NCBI GenBank assembly: GCA_041746575.1
Contig: JBGTGT010000033.1
Location: forward strand, 1-20,720
Direction: 5' to 3'
DNA from: Microcystaceae cyanobacterium
GTDB taxonomy: Bacteria; Cyanobacteriota; Cyanobacteriia; Cyanobacteriales; Microcystaceae
DNA: 20,720 nucleotides
Below the pieces are notes generated by a model, which was not told the origin of the DNA, searched no databases, and worked only from the letters and a program-made list of their open reading frames with translations. The translations under genes and the position numbers were made by a program. Below are positions 1 through 8,384 of this stretch, piece after piece; within the stretch, counting starts at the first letter, position 1; each line of letters begins with the position of its first letter.

Positions 1-173
1 TAATTGCGCGTGTGGATGCAGTCTTGGCCGTGACCACAACGCGGCGATAAATATAATGAATAGGGCGACGGGTCAACTCGTCCTTAAAGCCAAGAGCCTC
101 CTATGCGATAGCAGGATTGTCTTGGAAGCCCACACTGTACTTGGTACTCCAAGTCAGTGATGGGAGTTGTCAC
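1..173 (+). mobile_element. Right end of an IS200/IS605 (tnpB) element
   Basis: tnpB C-terminus, subterminal hairpin CCCA-CACTG-T-ACTTGG-tact-CCAAGT-CAGTG-A-TGGG (129-164), then GAGTTGTCAC ending in TCAC (170-173), resembling the TCAA/TCAC right-end cleavage motif of this family. Confidence 0.8.
2..160 (+). CDS. tnpB: 3' end of IS200/IS605-family RNA-guided endonuclease TnpB (partial, runs off window start)
   Basis: Manual translation from base 2: NCACGCSLGRDHNAAINIMNRATGQLVLKAKSLLCDSRIVLEAHTVLGTPSQ-stop (TGA 158-160). CxCG...RDxNAAxNI is the TnpB zinc-ribbon end plus RuvC-III motif with the catalytic Asp present. Confidence 0.9.
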   Translation, partial: NCACGCSLGRDHNAAINIMNRATGQLVLKAKSLLCDSRIVLEAHTVLGTPSQ

Positions 174-190
174 TGCAGACACTTACTTTG
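63..190 (+). ncRNA. Putative TnpB omegaRNA (reRNA): scaffold plus flanking-DNA guide
   Basis: Three successive stem-loops overlap the tnpB 3' end (67-82 GACGGG-tcaa-CTCGTC; 90-125 CCAAGA..TCCT..GCAGGA..TCTTGG; 129-164). TnpB omegaRNAs are known to span the gene 3' end and right end with the guide read from flanking DNA. Boundaries approximate. Confidence 0.6.
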
Positions 191-344
191 GTGCTAACGC
201 TTTGACTTGCTGTTGTGTCCAACCCTAGAAATCTTTGTGGTACAAAGGGTTTTTGGCACAATTTTCCATAAGGGTTTGCCGGAAATAAGTACCTCGCTTT
301 TTGATATTATAAATGGGGTTAACTTTCGATTTTCAGAAATTTCT

Positions 345-635
345 ATGAATCTTAATTCTTCAACGACAGGCGCAGATGCAGTGGATGAGGCGATCGCACA
401 AGGTCTTGATTTAGATGGTACTCCCATTCCGCCCAAAAAGCTCGATCTTTATAACGAAGTGATGGCATTAGAGGGAGAACGTCAACGAAGCGGCGTTACC
501 AATACCATGCGTTCTCGTATTGTGCGAATTGGTGCCAAACATCTTTCCCAAGACGAATTAAATCAACGTCTGATGGAGGCGGATTTTGTTCCGTTAAAAG
601 AAAAAGAAATTGCTTTTTATTATGGTGGAAAATAA
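345..635 (+). CDS. DUF4090 family conserved cyanobacterial protein (96 aa)
   Basis: TGADAVDEAIAQGLDLDGTPIP...RQRSGV..MRSRIVRIGAKH...LKEKEIAFYY matches my recollection of DUF4090. Start moved from the ORF-track 207 to ATG 345, where the conserved part begins. Confidence 0.8.
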   Translation: MNLNSSTTGADAVDEAIAQGLDLDGTPIPPKKLDLYNEVMALEGERQRSGVTNTMRSRIVRIGAKHLSQDELNQRLMEADFVPLKEKEIAFYYGGK

Positions 636-773
636 ATTCAAGACTCGGAATTTAAAAATTTGAGCCCAAAACAGAAAGGGAAACAGGGAACAAAATTGAG
701 GAAAATTTAATCCTTAGAAAGGTCTAAATTAGGCAACTTAGCGATAACCCATTATCTATGACCCCATAGCTGA

Positions 774-803
774 TTGCGATAGTTTGCTTTTAAGTGATAC
801 AGT
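774..803 (+). promoter_or_regulatory. Possible sigma70-type promoter of the permease operon
   Basis: TTGCGA (774-779), 18 bp spacer, extended -10 TGaTACAGT (795-803), about 50 nt upstream of ATG 855. Confidence 0.3.
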
Positions 804-854
804 GAGGACTTAAATGGGTTGAAATCCTTAATGCCTTAATAATAGGCAATTACT

Positions 855-1871
855 ATGGAAAAATTGCAGAATGCGTTCACACTCTTTCTCAGTCTCTTGA
901 TAGAGGCAACACCCTTTCTGTTGCTAGGAGTTATTTTATCTAGTGCTTTGCTCATCTTAATCGATGAACGGAAATTAATCGCCGCCCTACCCCGTAATCC
1001 CTTTTTAGGGTCATTTGTGGGAAGTTGTATCGGTTTTCTGTTTCCTGTCTGTGAATGTGGCAATATTCCTGTCGCTAGGCGTTTATTATTGCAAGGTTTG
1101 CCGACATCAGTAGCTATTGGGTTTTTATTAGCCGCACCTACGATTAATCCAATCGTGATATGGTCGACGTGGGTGGCCTTTCGCGATCAACCGCAAATCG
1201 TCGTTCTAAGAATTATTTTTTCCCTTTTGATTGCTACAACAATTGGCTTTATTTTTAGCTTTCAAAAAGATGTTCGTCCCCTGCTTCATCCCCTTTTAGA
1301 AAAACGGTTACAATACCTAAAAATTGAACCACAAGCTGAATTGTCCACCGAATTTCCATTACTGCGTTCAGGCACGTTCATCCTGAATAAAAATCAAAGT
1401 TCCCTCGCTTTAGATGAATCTATCATAACCACTTTGACCTTAAAAAAAGATCCTCAAGTTATTAAAGCCGAAAAACTTAAAGCTTTTTTGGAAAATGTTT
1501 TTCAAGAATTCCGAGAATTAGGGGGAATTTTAATCTTAGGAAGTGCGATCGCGGCTGCAATTCAAGTTTTTGTGCCACGGGAAATTATCTTAAATTTAGG
1601 ACAGGGAACAATCAGTTCAATTGTTGCTATGATGTTGTTAGCGGTAATTGTTTCTATTTGTTCAACGGTTGATTCCTTTTTTGCTTTGTCTTTTGCGCCG
1701 ACTTTTACCAGCAGTTCACTATTAGCTTTCTTGGTTTTTGGTCCAATGATTGATCTCAAGAGTATTGGTTTAATGTTATCTATTTTTAAACCCAGAATGA
1801 TTTTTTATTTATTTGTAATTGCCGCTCAATTAACCTTTATTTTGACTCTTAGTTATGCTTATTGGTTTTAA
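855..1871 (+). CDS. DUF318 / ArsP_1 family permease (YcgR/YraQ-like)
   Basis: Multi-TM protein with EATPFLLLG, PVCECGNIP, FLLAAPTINP, SICSTVDSFFA and AFLVFGPMIDLK motifs. Confidence 0.85.
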   Translation: MEKLQNAFTLFLSLLIEATPFLLLGVILSSALLILIDERKLIAALPRNPFLGSFVGSCIGFLFPVCECGNIPVARRLLLQGLPTSVAIGFLLAAPTINPIVIWSTWVAFRDQPQIVVLRIIFSLLIATTIGFIFSFQKDVRPLLHPLLEKRLQYLKIEPQAELSTEFPLLRSGTFILNKNQSSLALDESIITTLTLKKDPQVIKAEKLKAFLENVFQEFRELGGILILGSAIAAAIQVFVPREIILNLGQGTISSIVAMMLLAVIVSICSTVDSFFALSFAPTFTSSSLLAFLVFGPMIDLKSIGLMLSIFKPRMIFYLFVIAAQLTFILTLSYAYWF

Positions 1872-1929
1872 GAATTGAAATTTTGATAAGAAAAACGATA
1901 AACTAATTAGGGATCGCTGTTTACTCAAT

Positions 1930-2760
1930 ATGTTTCAAGTTTCTTTGAAAAAAAATACGTTAGCCAAACCGATATTAGATATCTTAGCCATTTTGGGATG
2001 GGGAGGACTTCTCCTTCGTTACTGGATAGGAGGAGAGTTAAAATTACTAATCCACCCTAACTATTTTTGGTTGGTTTTTCTAACCGGATTAAGCTTAATG
2101 GGATTAGGCATCATAAAAATCTGGTTTTTAATCCAAGAATATCCTAAAAAATCGGTCAATAAAGACAACAATCTCAATCATATAACTGTTTTGCCTAATT
2201 ATTTGGGAAGCAGTTTACTTTTAGTGACGGCTTTGATGGGTTTACTTTTTCAACCTTCGCCTCTCACCAGTCAAATGGCTTTACAGAGGGGAATTAGTGA
2301 AAACCTGCCGACGACACAATTACAAACCCAATCCTTCCGCGCCACCTTGAAACCAGAACAGCGATCGCTGATAGACTGGGTTAGAACGATAAATGCCTAT
2401 CCTGAGCCGGATGCTTATACAGGACAAAAAGTAAAGGTAAGTGGATTTGTCGTGGATTTACCCAGTTTGCCGGAAAATTACCGATTAATTAGCCGTTTTA
2501 TTCTAACTTGCTGTGCAGTCGATGCTTATCCTGTCGGTCTTCCTGTCAAAATGGATCAATCCAATAGCGTTTATCCGGCTGATACATGGTTAGAGATTGA
2601 AGGAGAAATGATCACAGAAACATTACCGATGGCTCATCAAACCGTAACAATAGAGATTCAAGCAGCAGAGAAAAATTCTACTCCTAAACGACAATTAGTG
2701 ATTTTGGCGAAATCGATTAAACTTATTCCTACTCCTACTGATCCCTATGGATATTATTGA
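1930..2760 (+). CDS. TIGR03943 / DUF1980 family putative permease subunit (YcgQ-like)
   Basis: N-terminal TMs with LLIHP, then Y.GQKVKVSGFV and RFILTCCAVDA motifs, C-terminal P.DPY; the usual partner of DUF318 permeases. Confidence 0.85.
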   Translation: MFQVSLKKNTLAKPILDILAILGWGGLLLRYWIGGELKLLIHPNYFWLVFLTGLSLMGLGIIKIWFLIQEYPKKSVNKDNNLNHITVLPNYLGSSLLLVTALMGLLFQPSPLTSQMALQRGISENLPTTQLQTQSFRATLKPEQRSLIDWVRTINAYPEPDAYTGQKVKVSGFVVDLPSLPENYRLISRFILTCCAVDAYPVGLPVKMDQSNSVYPADTWLEIEGEMITETLPMAHQTVTIEIQAAEKNSTPKRQLVILAKSIKLIPTPTDPYGYY

Positions 2761-2811
2761 TAAAGCATTGCCAACTTTTAATGTAGTTCATCTCTGATTC
2801 CCCCAAAAACC

Positions 2812-4299
2812 ATGCCCGATAAAAAGACCTTTTATCCGATTGATCAAATTTCTTTATCTGTGATTGGCATCCTTAGTAGCATCATTTTGGGATGGGTAAT
2901 CAGTGATAAAAGTTGTGGCGATCGCTGTTTTTTCAAAAAAGGAGCGCAAGTCGAACAATTTAGCTGGCAAAATAAAACGATTGGCAAGGAAGATCAAGGG
3001 TTTATCTTAGTATTTAACCGTCCGATAGATCAAGAAAGTGTTGAAAAAAATTTAGTCATTGATCCCCCTTTGCTGGGTAAAATGAGTTGGTCTGGCCGTA
3101 GAATGGCTTATACTTTAAAAACACCTATTCCCTACGGCGAAACCTACCAAATACAGCTATCAGAAGCCAAAGAAAAATTCAGAGGAACACAAAAATCGGG
3201 TCAAGAAATACAACCTTTTGCGGCAGAATTTCAGAGTCGAGATCGAGCCTTAGCTTATATTGGCACTCAAGCAGAAGAGCAAGGTCGTCTAATTTACTAT
3301 AACTTAACTCAGCAAAAAAAGATTGTTTTAACTCCTCCTGAATTAGTGATTGTTGACTTTAAGTTTACCCATCAGGGCAACCAAATTATTTTTTCTGCAT
3401 TCCCTCAAAAAAGAGGTATATCAGGGTTAGGAGAATTAGCTATTTATCGGGTGAATACGAATTTTACTTCTAACGAGAGAACTCCCACTATTGAACAAAT
3501 TCTAGATAGCAAAAACTATCAAAATCATCAATTTGATGTAACTCCAGATGGAGAAACTTTAATAGTGCAACGAGTGAATCGACAGAATCCTGCTGATTTT
3601 GACCTTTGGATGGTTAAAAAATCAGAAAAACCCTTTAAATTGAATATTGCAGGGGGTCAATTTTTAATTGCGCCGGATGGACAAACTTTAGCTGTCGCCA
3701 GGGGAGAAGGAATTAGTTTACTTCCTTTGCAACCCAATGCAGAGCCGCTTGATTTTTTGCCTAAATTTGGTGAATTATTAAGCTTTTCTCCTGATGGTTC
3801 AGCGGCCGCTATGGTGGATTTTAACACCAATGATCCCAATTTGCGATATACTCGTTCACTTTTTTATGTTAATAGTCAAGGCGTACAAAAGAAGTTATTG
3901 AATACGGAAGGATCAATTTTAGATTGTCAGTTTAATACCACTGGAAAAGAAATTTATTGTCTCATCACTCGCTTGCTTAAAGGAGAAGAATATCAAGAAG
4001 AACCTTACTTTGCTAAAATTGAGATTGCTACTGCCAAAATGACCCCCTTGATGACGTTACCTAATTTTAGAGAGGTTCATTTAAGTTTATCCCCTGATAG
4101 TTTAGCTATCTTATTTGATCAGGTGGTCACTGACAATCGTCTAAATAGCAATAACGCTTTAACTACCAATGCAGGGGAATCAATTGTTGGTGGAAAATTG
4201 TGGCTATTAATTCCACCCACTCAAACCATTTCTCAGGACAATCAACCTGAATTAAAAGAGTTAGGATTATTAGGCATTCGTCCCCAATGGTCACCTTAA
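2812..4299 (+). CDS. Membrane-anchored protein with Ig-like (Big_5-type) domain and TolB-like beta-propeller repeats
   Basis: N-terminal hydrophobic anchor; FNRPID..SVEKNLVIDPPL.GKMSWSG (Ig-like); repeated TPDGETL, APDGQTL, FSPDGSA, LSPDS and terminal PQWSP (PD40/TolB-like blades). Confidence 0.7.
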   Translation: MPDKKTFYPIDQISLSVIGILSSIILGWVISDKSCGDRCFFKKGAQVEQFSWQNKTIGKEDQGFILVFNRPIDQESVEKNLVIDPPLLGKMSWSGRRMAYTLKTPIPYGETYQIQLSEAKEKFRGTQKSGQEIQPFAAEFQSRDRALAYIGTQAEEQGRLIYYNLTQQKKIVLTPPELVIVDFKFTHQGNQIIFSAFPQKRGISGLGELAIYRVNTNFTSNERTPTIEQILDSKNYQNHQFDVTPDGETLIVQRVNRQNPADFDLWMVKKSEKPFKLNIAGGQFLIAPDGQTLAVARGEGISLLPLQPNAEPLDFLPKFGELLSFSPDGSAAAMVDFNTNDPNLRYTRSLFYVNSQGVQKKLLNTEGSILDCQFNTTGKEIYCLITRLLKGEEYQEEPYFAKIEIATAKMTPLMTLPNFREVHLSLSPDSLAILFDQVVTDNRLNSNNALTTNAGESIVGGKLWLLIPPTQTISQDNQPELKELGLLGIRPQWSP

Positions 4300-4315
4300 T
4301 TTTATACTAATATCT

Positions 4316-5215
4316 ATGTCTTTTTTAAAGTGTCTTTGGCAATTTTCTCGTCCTCACACAATTATTGGTACGAGTTTAAGTGTTTTGTCTTTATATTTAT
4401 TGACTATTGCCTTTACAGATAAAACAGTTGAAGTTTCTAACCTGATAATTTTGCTGGAAACTGCCATCACCTGTCTATTAGGAAATCTTTATATTGTCGG
4501 GTTAAATCAGTTAACAGATGTTGAAATAGATAAAATTAATAAGCCAAATTTACCCCTTGCTTCTGGAAAATTGACAATGAAGAAAGGGAAAATAATTGTG
4601 GCTCTCTCAGGAATACTTTCACTTATTTTAGCCTTTTTGTTTGGCGTTTGGCTGTTGGCAACGGTTATGATTAGTCTTATAATTGGTACTGCTTATTCCT
4701 TGCCTCCTATCAGATTGAAACGCTTTCCTTTTTTAGCAAGTATTTGTATTTTTACGGTTAGGGGAATTGTCGTTAACTTTGGATTATTTCTTCATTTCAC
4801 TCAAAAACTAACTCCCCAAAGTTTTATTAATCTTCCGATTTATATATTGACCCTTTTTGTGATGTTATTTACCATAGCGATCGCTATCTTTAAAGATGTG
4901 CCAGATCAAGAAGGAGACCAGAAATATAAAATCATGACCTTTACAATTCTAATGGGAAAAGAAAGAATTTTTGACTTAGCACGGGGGATTATTAGCTTAT
5001 GCTATTTAGGGATTATCTTTAGTGAAATAATTTTAAGATTTACCTCAAATTCTATCAGTTTGATTATAATTCACTTAGGATTGTTAATTGGGTTGTGGTG
5101 GCGATCTAGATCGATTAACTTAGAAAGTAATACTGAAATTGCTAGTTTTTATCAATTCATTTGGAAGCTTTTCTTCTTAGAATATTTAATTTTTCCTAGT
5201 TTTTTCTTGCTTTAA
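4316..5215 (+). CDS. hpt: Homogentisate phytyltransferase (Slr1736/VTE2 homolog, UbiA family)
   Basis: FSRPHTIIGT, YIVGLNQLTDVEIDKINKPNLPLASG, AYSLPPIRLKRFP, IAIFKDVPD.EGD, FYQFIWKLFFLEY. Confidence 0.95.
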   Translation: MSFLKCLWQFSRPHTIIGTSLSVLSLYLLTIAFTDKTVEVSNLIILLETAITCLLGNLYIVGLNQLTDVEIDKINKPNLPLASGKLTMKKGKIIVALSGILSLILAFLFGVWLLATVMISLIIGTAYSLPPIRLKRFPFLASICIFTVRGIVVNFGLFLHFTQKLTPQSFINLPIYILTLFVMLFTIAIAIFKDVPDQEGDQKYKIMTFTILMGKERIFDLARGIISLCYLGIIFSEIILRFTSNSISLIIIHLGLLIGLWWRSRSINLESNTEIASFYQFIWKLFFLEYLIFPSFFLL

Positions 5216-5228
5216 TATTCAAAAGACC

Positions 5229-6338
5229 ATGTTAAACTTGCAAAGAAATCAATTAAATCCTCATACTTATTTTAGAGAGACTCCCCATAGCGGTTATCAC
5301 TGGCAAGGGCATAAAAGAAGATTTTTTGAAGGGTGGTATTTTCGAGTGACACTCCCTAAAATTCAAGAAAACTTTGCTTTTATGTACTCAATTGATGACC
5401 CTTTCGGCAATCAAAAACACAGTGGCGGTGCAGTGCAAATTTTAGGAATTGATGAAGCATATTTATGGCGAACTTTTCCGAATGTTGCTCAATTTTGGTC
5501 AGCTAGAAATTACCTTGCTTTAACCCATTGGCGTAAATCCTCGTTCTCAGATAAGCCGACGCTTCTTAATACTAATGAGTTTAATCATTATATCCAAGAA
5601 GGCTATCAAGCAACCCTGTATTTTAATCAAGGTTTAATCACCAATCCTAGTAACCATCAATATTGTCGTTGGCAATATACCGTTAAACCAATTTATGGTT
5701 GGGGGGATAGTCATAAATTTCCGAAATCTACCGCCGGATTATTTTCTTTTTTCCCTATTTTTGAACCCGGTTGGCAAATCTTGATGGCTTATGGTTTAGC
5801 TACAGGAGAAATTGATTGGAATGGCACAATTTATCCATTTGAAAATGCAACGGCGTATAGTGAAAAAAATTGGGGTCATTCTTTTCCTGAAAAATGGTTT
5901 TGGCTCAATTGTAATTATTTTAGTAATGCCAAAGATTTAGCGATAACCGCCGCAGGGGGAAAAAGAAAAGTGCTAAAGTGGAACGAAGAAGTAGCCATGA
6001 TTGGCATCCATTATCAAGGAAAATTTTATGATTTTTCTCCTTGGAATAGTTTGATTGAGGCAGAAATTCAACCTTGGGGAGAGTGGAAAATGGAAGCTTA
6101 TAATGATCAATTTATGGTTAAACTAATTGGCATCACACATTTGGCAGGTACGCAAGTTCGTATCCCAACGGAAAACGGTTTAGTCTTTGCTTGTCGAGAT
6201 ACGTTAAAGGGTCATTTGACGCTAGAATTAAGACAGCGAAATCGTTCAATTATCGTCCAAGCAAAAAGCCATCTTTGTGGCTTGGAAATAGGAGGTTCAC
6301 CTTGGGATAAATCTTGGAAAATTTACCACTCATCTTAG
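5229..6338 (+). CDS. vte1: Tocopherol cyclase (Slr1737/VTE1 homolog)
   Basis: TPHSGYHW.G..RRFFEGWYFRVTLP, FAFMYSIDDP, FEPGWQILMAYGLATG, YSEKNWG.SFP.KWFWLNCN, LEIGG.PW. Confidence 0.95.
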   Translation: MLNLQRNQLNPHTYFRETPHSGYHWQGHKRRFFEGWYFRVTLPKIQENFAFMYSIDDPFGNQKHSGGAVQILGIDEAYLWRTFPNVAQFWSARNYLALTHWRKSSFSDKPTLLNTNEFNHYIQEGYQATLYFNQGLITNPSNHQYCRWQYTVKPIYGWGDSHKFPKSTAGLFSFFPIFEPGWQILMAYGLATGEIDWNGTIYPFENATAYSEKNWGHSFPEKWFWLNCNYFSNAKDLAITAAGGKRKVLKWNEEVAMIGIHYQGKFYDFSPWNSLIEAEIQPWGEWKMEAYNDQFMVKLIGITHLAGTQVRIPTENGLVFACRDTLKGHLTLELRQRNRSIIVQAKSHLCGLEIGGSPWDKSWKIYHSS

Positions 6339-6385
6339 GAGCTTGTCCTAATTTGGGTTACTCTATTTAGAACAAACACCTTAAG
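6334..6385. terminator. Imperfect inverted repeat between convergent vte1 and hppD; probable bidirectional terminator
   Basis: CTTAGGAGCTTGTCCTAATTTGGG (6334-6357) vs CTCTATTTAGAACAAACACCTTAAG (6361-6385, revcomp CTTAAGGTGTTTGTTCTAAATAGAG); also an internal TTAGGA/TCCTAA hairpin. Spans most of the 64-nt gap. Confidence 0.45.
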
Positions 6386-6402
6386 CTTTGTGAAAATGGG
6401 GT

Positions 6403-7524
6403 TTAAACCGATTCCATTTGTTCTTTTTCGATCAGTTCAAATAAGGTTTGAAAATTCCCTTCACCAAATCCTTGCGCTTGTTTTCGGCGTTCTATAAATT
6501 CAAAGAAAAAAGTGGGTTTATTAAACATAACTTGCGTAAAAATCTGCATTAATAATGAGTCAGGAATTTGTTGATCAAAATCTACTAGAATTTTTTGCTT
6601 TTCAATCGCTTGCCACTCCTGTTGAGATAAATGGGGAATAAATCCCTGTCTTTTTCCTTGTTTTAAGTGAATATAGTAATGAGGAGAAACGGGTAAAAAG
6701 GCTAATCCTCGCCGGCGCATTTGTGTCACTGTATTGATAATATTTGTAGAGGTTAAAGCAATGTGCTGAAGACCAGAACCCCCATTGTAGTCGATAAATT
6801 GTTGAATTTGAGAATTAGCTGATGTGGGTTCATTGATATTAAAATAAAAGTGATTCTGAGGAGAGCGAAAAACTTCGCTATAAAGTCCAGAGTAAGGGGT
6901 TTTAATCTTAAAATTCTCTTGATATTCAAAGCCAAACACTGTATTATAAAATTGCGCCGCTTGGGTTAATTCTCCTTTAGCAACATTTAACACTAGATGA
7001 TCGATAGTTGCTAAGTTATTGTACCAGAGCGGTTTAATGTTTGATTGAGTCTCTTCTTTTTCCGGATTAATAATATTAGGAAAATAGGGTACAATTTCTA
7101 AATGTGGAAACAGTAAACAAGAAGGAAGATTTGTCGTATTTTCCACCAAAGTATGTTCAAGGGAGTGCCAACCCTTCACTTTAGCAATTTTGATCTTTTC
7201 TGCGTTTAGCCAATAAGTTTTAGGTGCATCAAGAATCGTCAATTTTTCTCTTGAACTTTGCTGAAGAATTTTATCAATAGAGTTAACTTGAAAAGCAATA
7301 TCAATAACTCCCGATGCGTGGTCTTTAAGGTAACGATAGACTGGACTTAAAGAACTGAGTGGCGATGAGATGACGAAAAAAATATAATCATGATTCGTCA
7401 TAACTTCGCTATAAGTATCAGCATTTCGTTTTTGACTTAAAGATTGAAAACCCATTTTTTGCTCTAAAAAACGACAGGTTTTTCTAGCATCTTTAACGTA
7501 AAAGTGAATATGATCAATTAACAT
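6403..7524 (-). CDS. hppD: 4-hydroxyphenylpyruvate dioxygenase (Slr0090 homolog)
   Basis: IDHIHFYV N-terminus; Fe ligands IDHLVLNV, GLQHIAL, FFEFIERR; C-terminal GFGEGNFQTLFELIEKEQ. Confidence 0.95.
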   Translation of the reverse strand: MLIDHIHFYVKDARKTCRFLEQKMGFQSLSQKRNADTYSEVMTNHDYIFFVISSPLSSLSPVYRYLKDHASGVIDIAFQVNSIDKILQQSSREKLTILDAPKTYWLNAEKIKIAKVKGWHSLEHTLVENTTNLPSCLLFPHLEIVPYFPNIINPEKEETQSNIKPLWYNNLATIDHLVLNVAKGELTQAAQFYNTVFGFEYQENFKIKTPYSGLYSEVFRSPQNHFYFNINEPTSANSQIQQFIDYNGGSGLQHIALTSTNIINTVTQMRRRGLAFLPVSPHYYIHLKQGKRQGFIPHLSQQEWQAIEKQKILVDFDQQIPDSLLMQIFTQVMFNKPTFFFEFIERRKQAQGFGEGNFQTLFELIEKEQMESV

Positions 7525-7535
7525 AGTATCTAACT

Positions 7536-8384
7536 TTATTTCTGAGCAGAAAGAACGGCAAAACGAATTAAGCCACTTTCATAACCTTGACGCATTAAAG
7601 GCATCGCTAAAGCCGCTTCTATGGTTCGCCAACCTGATGTTAAAAGTCCGAAAATTGCTTGGGGGGAAATCGCAGCATTAATCACTTCATCCCAAAAAGG
7701 TGCAACCGCCATCGACCAGTCATCTACTTTAATGTTTTGAAAACCACATTGAGTGGCAATGTCTTGATATTCTGGTAAAGCAACCCAAGAAGGTAAAGCG
7801 TAAATTTGACTAATCTTTTCTAACTGTTTTTGTTCACGGTGGGTTAATTCTCCTGCTAAAGAAGTTGTCGGACGATGACACCAAGTCGCCATAATAAACG
7901 TTCCCTGAGGTTCTAATACTCGATAGCATTCTTGTAAAAATTTTCGCTTGTCTGGTATATGTTCTGCGCTTTCTAAACTCCAGACTAAATCATAGACATT
8001 ATCGGCAAAAGGCATTTCTAAAGCATTCGCACCTAAAAATTGAATTTGTTCGCTTAAATCTGCCTGTATAGCCCTTTCTTTTGCCCTAGCAACTTGCACT
8101 GAGGATAATGTAATTCCCGTTCCTTTTGCCTTAAACTTCTGCCCTAAATATAATGTACTTCCTCCAACGCCACAACCTATATCTAAAATATGTTTAACCT
8201 CCTTAACTTGAGCATAACTTAATAGTTCTTCAATGAGGTCAATTTGAGCTTGACGACGATTCATTTTGTAGCTACCGTTTCGACCATAATAACCGTGGTG
8301 CATATGCTCTCCCCATATTGTTTCCCACAGTCGACTCGAATGATCATAAAAAGTGGCAATTTGCTGATTTAAAGAATAGGTCAT
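7536..8384 (-). CDS. vte4: Gamma-tocopherol methyltransferase (Slr0089/VTE4 homolog)
   Basis: FYD.SS.LWE.IWGEHMHHGYYG, SAM motif ILDIGCGVGGS, WSLESAEH, ATWCHR, DWSMAVAPFW; adjacent to hppD as slr0089 is to slr0090 in Synechocystis. Confidence 0.9.
   Translation of the reverse strand: MTYSLNQQIATFYDHSSRLWETIWGEHMHHGYYGRNGSYKMNRRQAQIDLIEELLSYAQVKEVKHILDIGCGVGGSTLYLGQKFKAKGTGITLSSVQVARAKERAIQADLSEQIQFLGANALEMPFADNVYDLVWSLESAEHIPDKRKFLQECYRVLEPQGTFIMATWCHRPTTSLAGELTHREQKQLEKISQIYALPSWVALPEYQDIATQCGFQNIKVDDWSMAVAPFWDEVINAAISPQAIFGLLTSGWRTIEAALAMPLMRQGYESGLIRFAVLSAQK

Noticed and set aside
207..344. 46-codon N-terminal extension of DUF4090 and an imperfect hairpin at about 224-256
   Set aside because: The extension relies on a non-ATG start and does not resemble the family; the hairpin is mismatch- and GU-rich and I cannot assign it a function.
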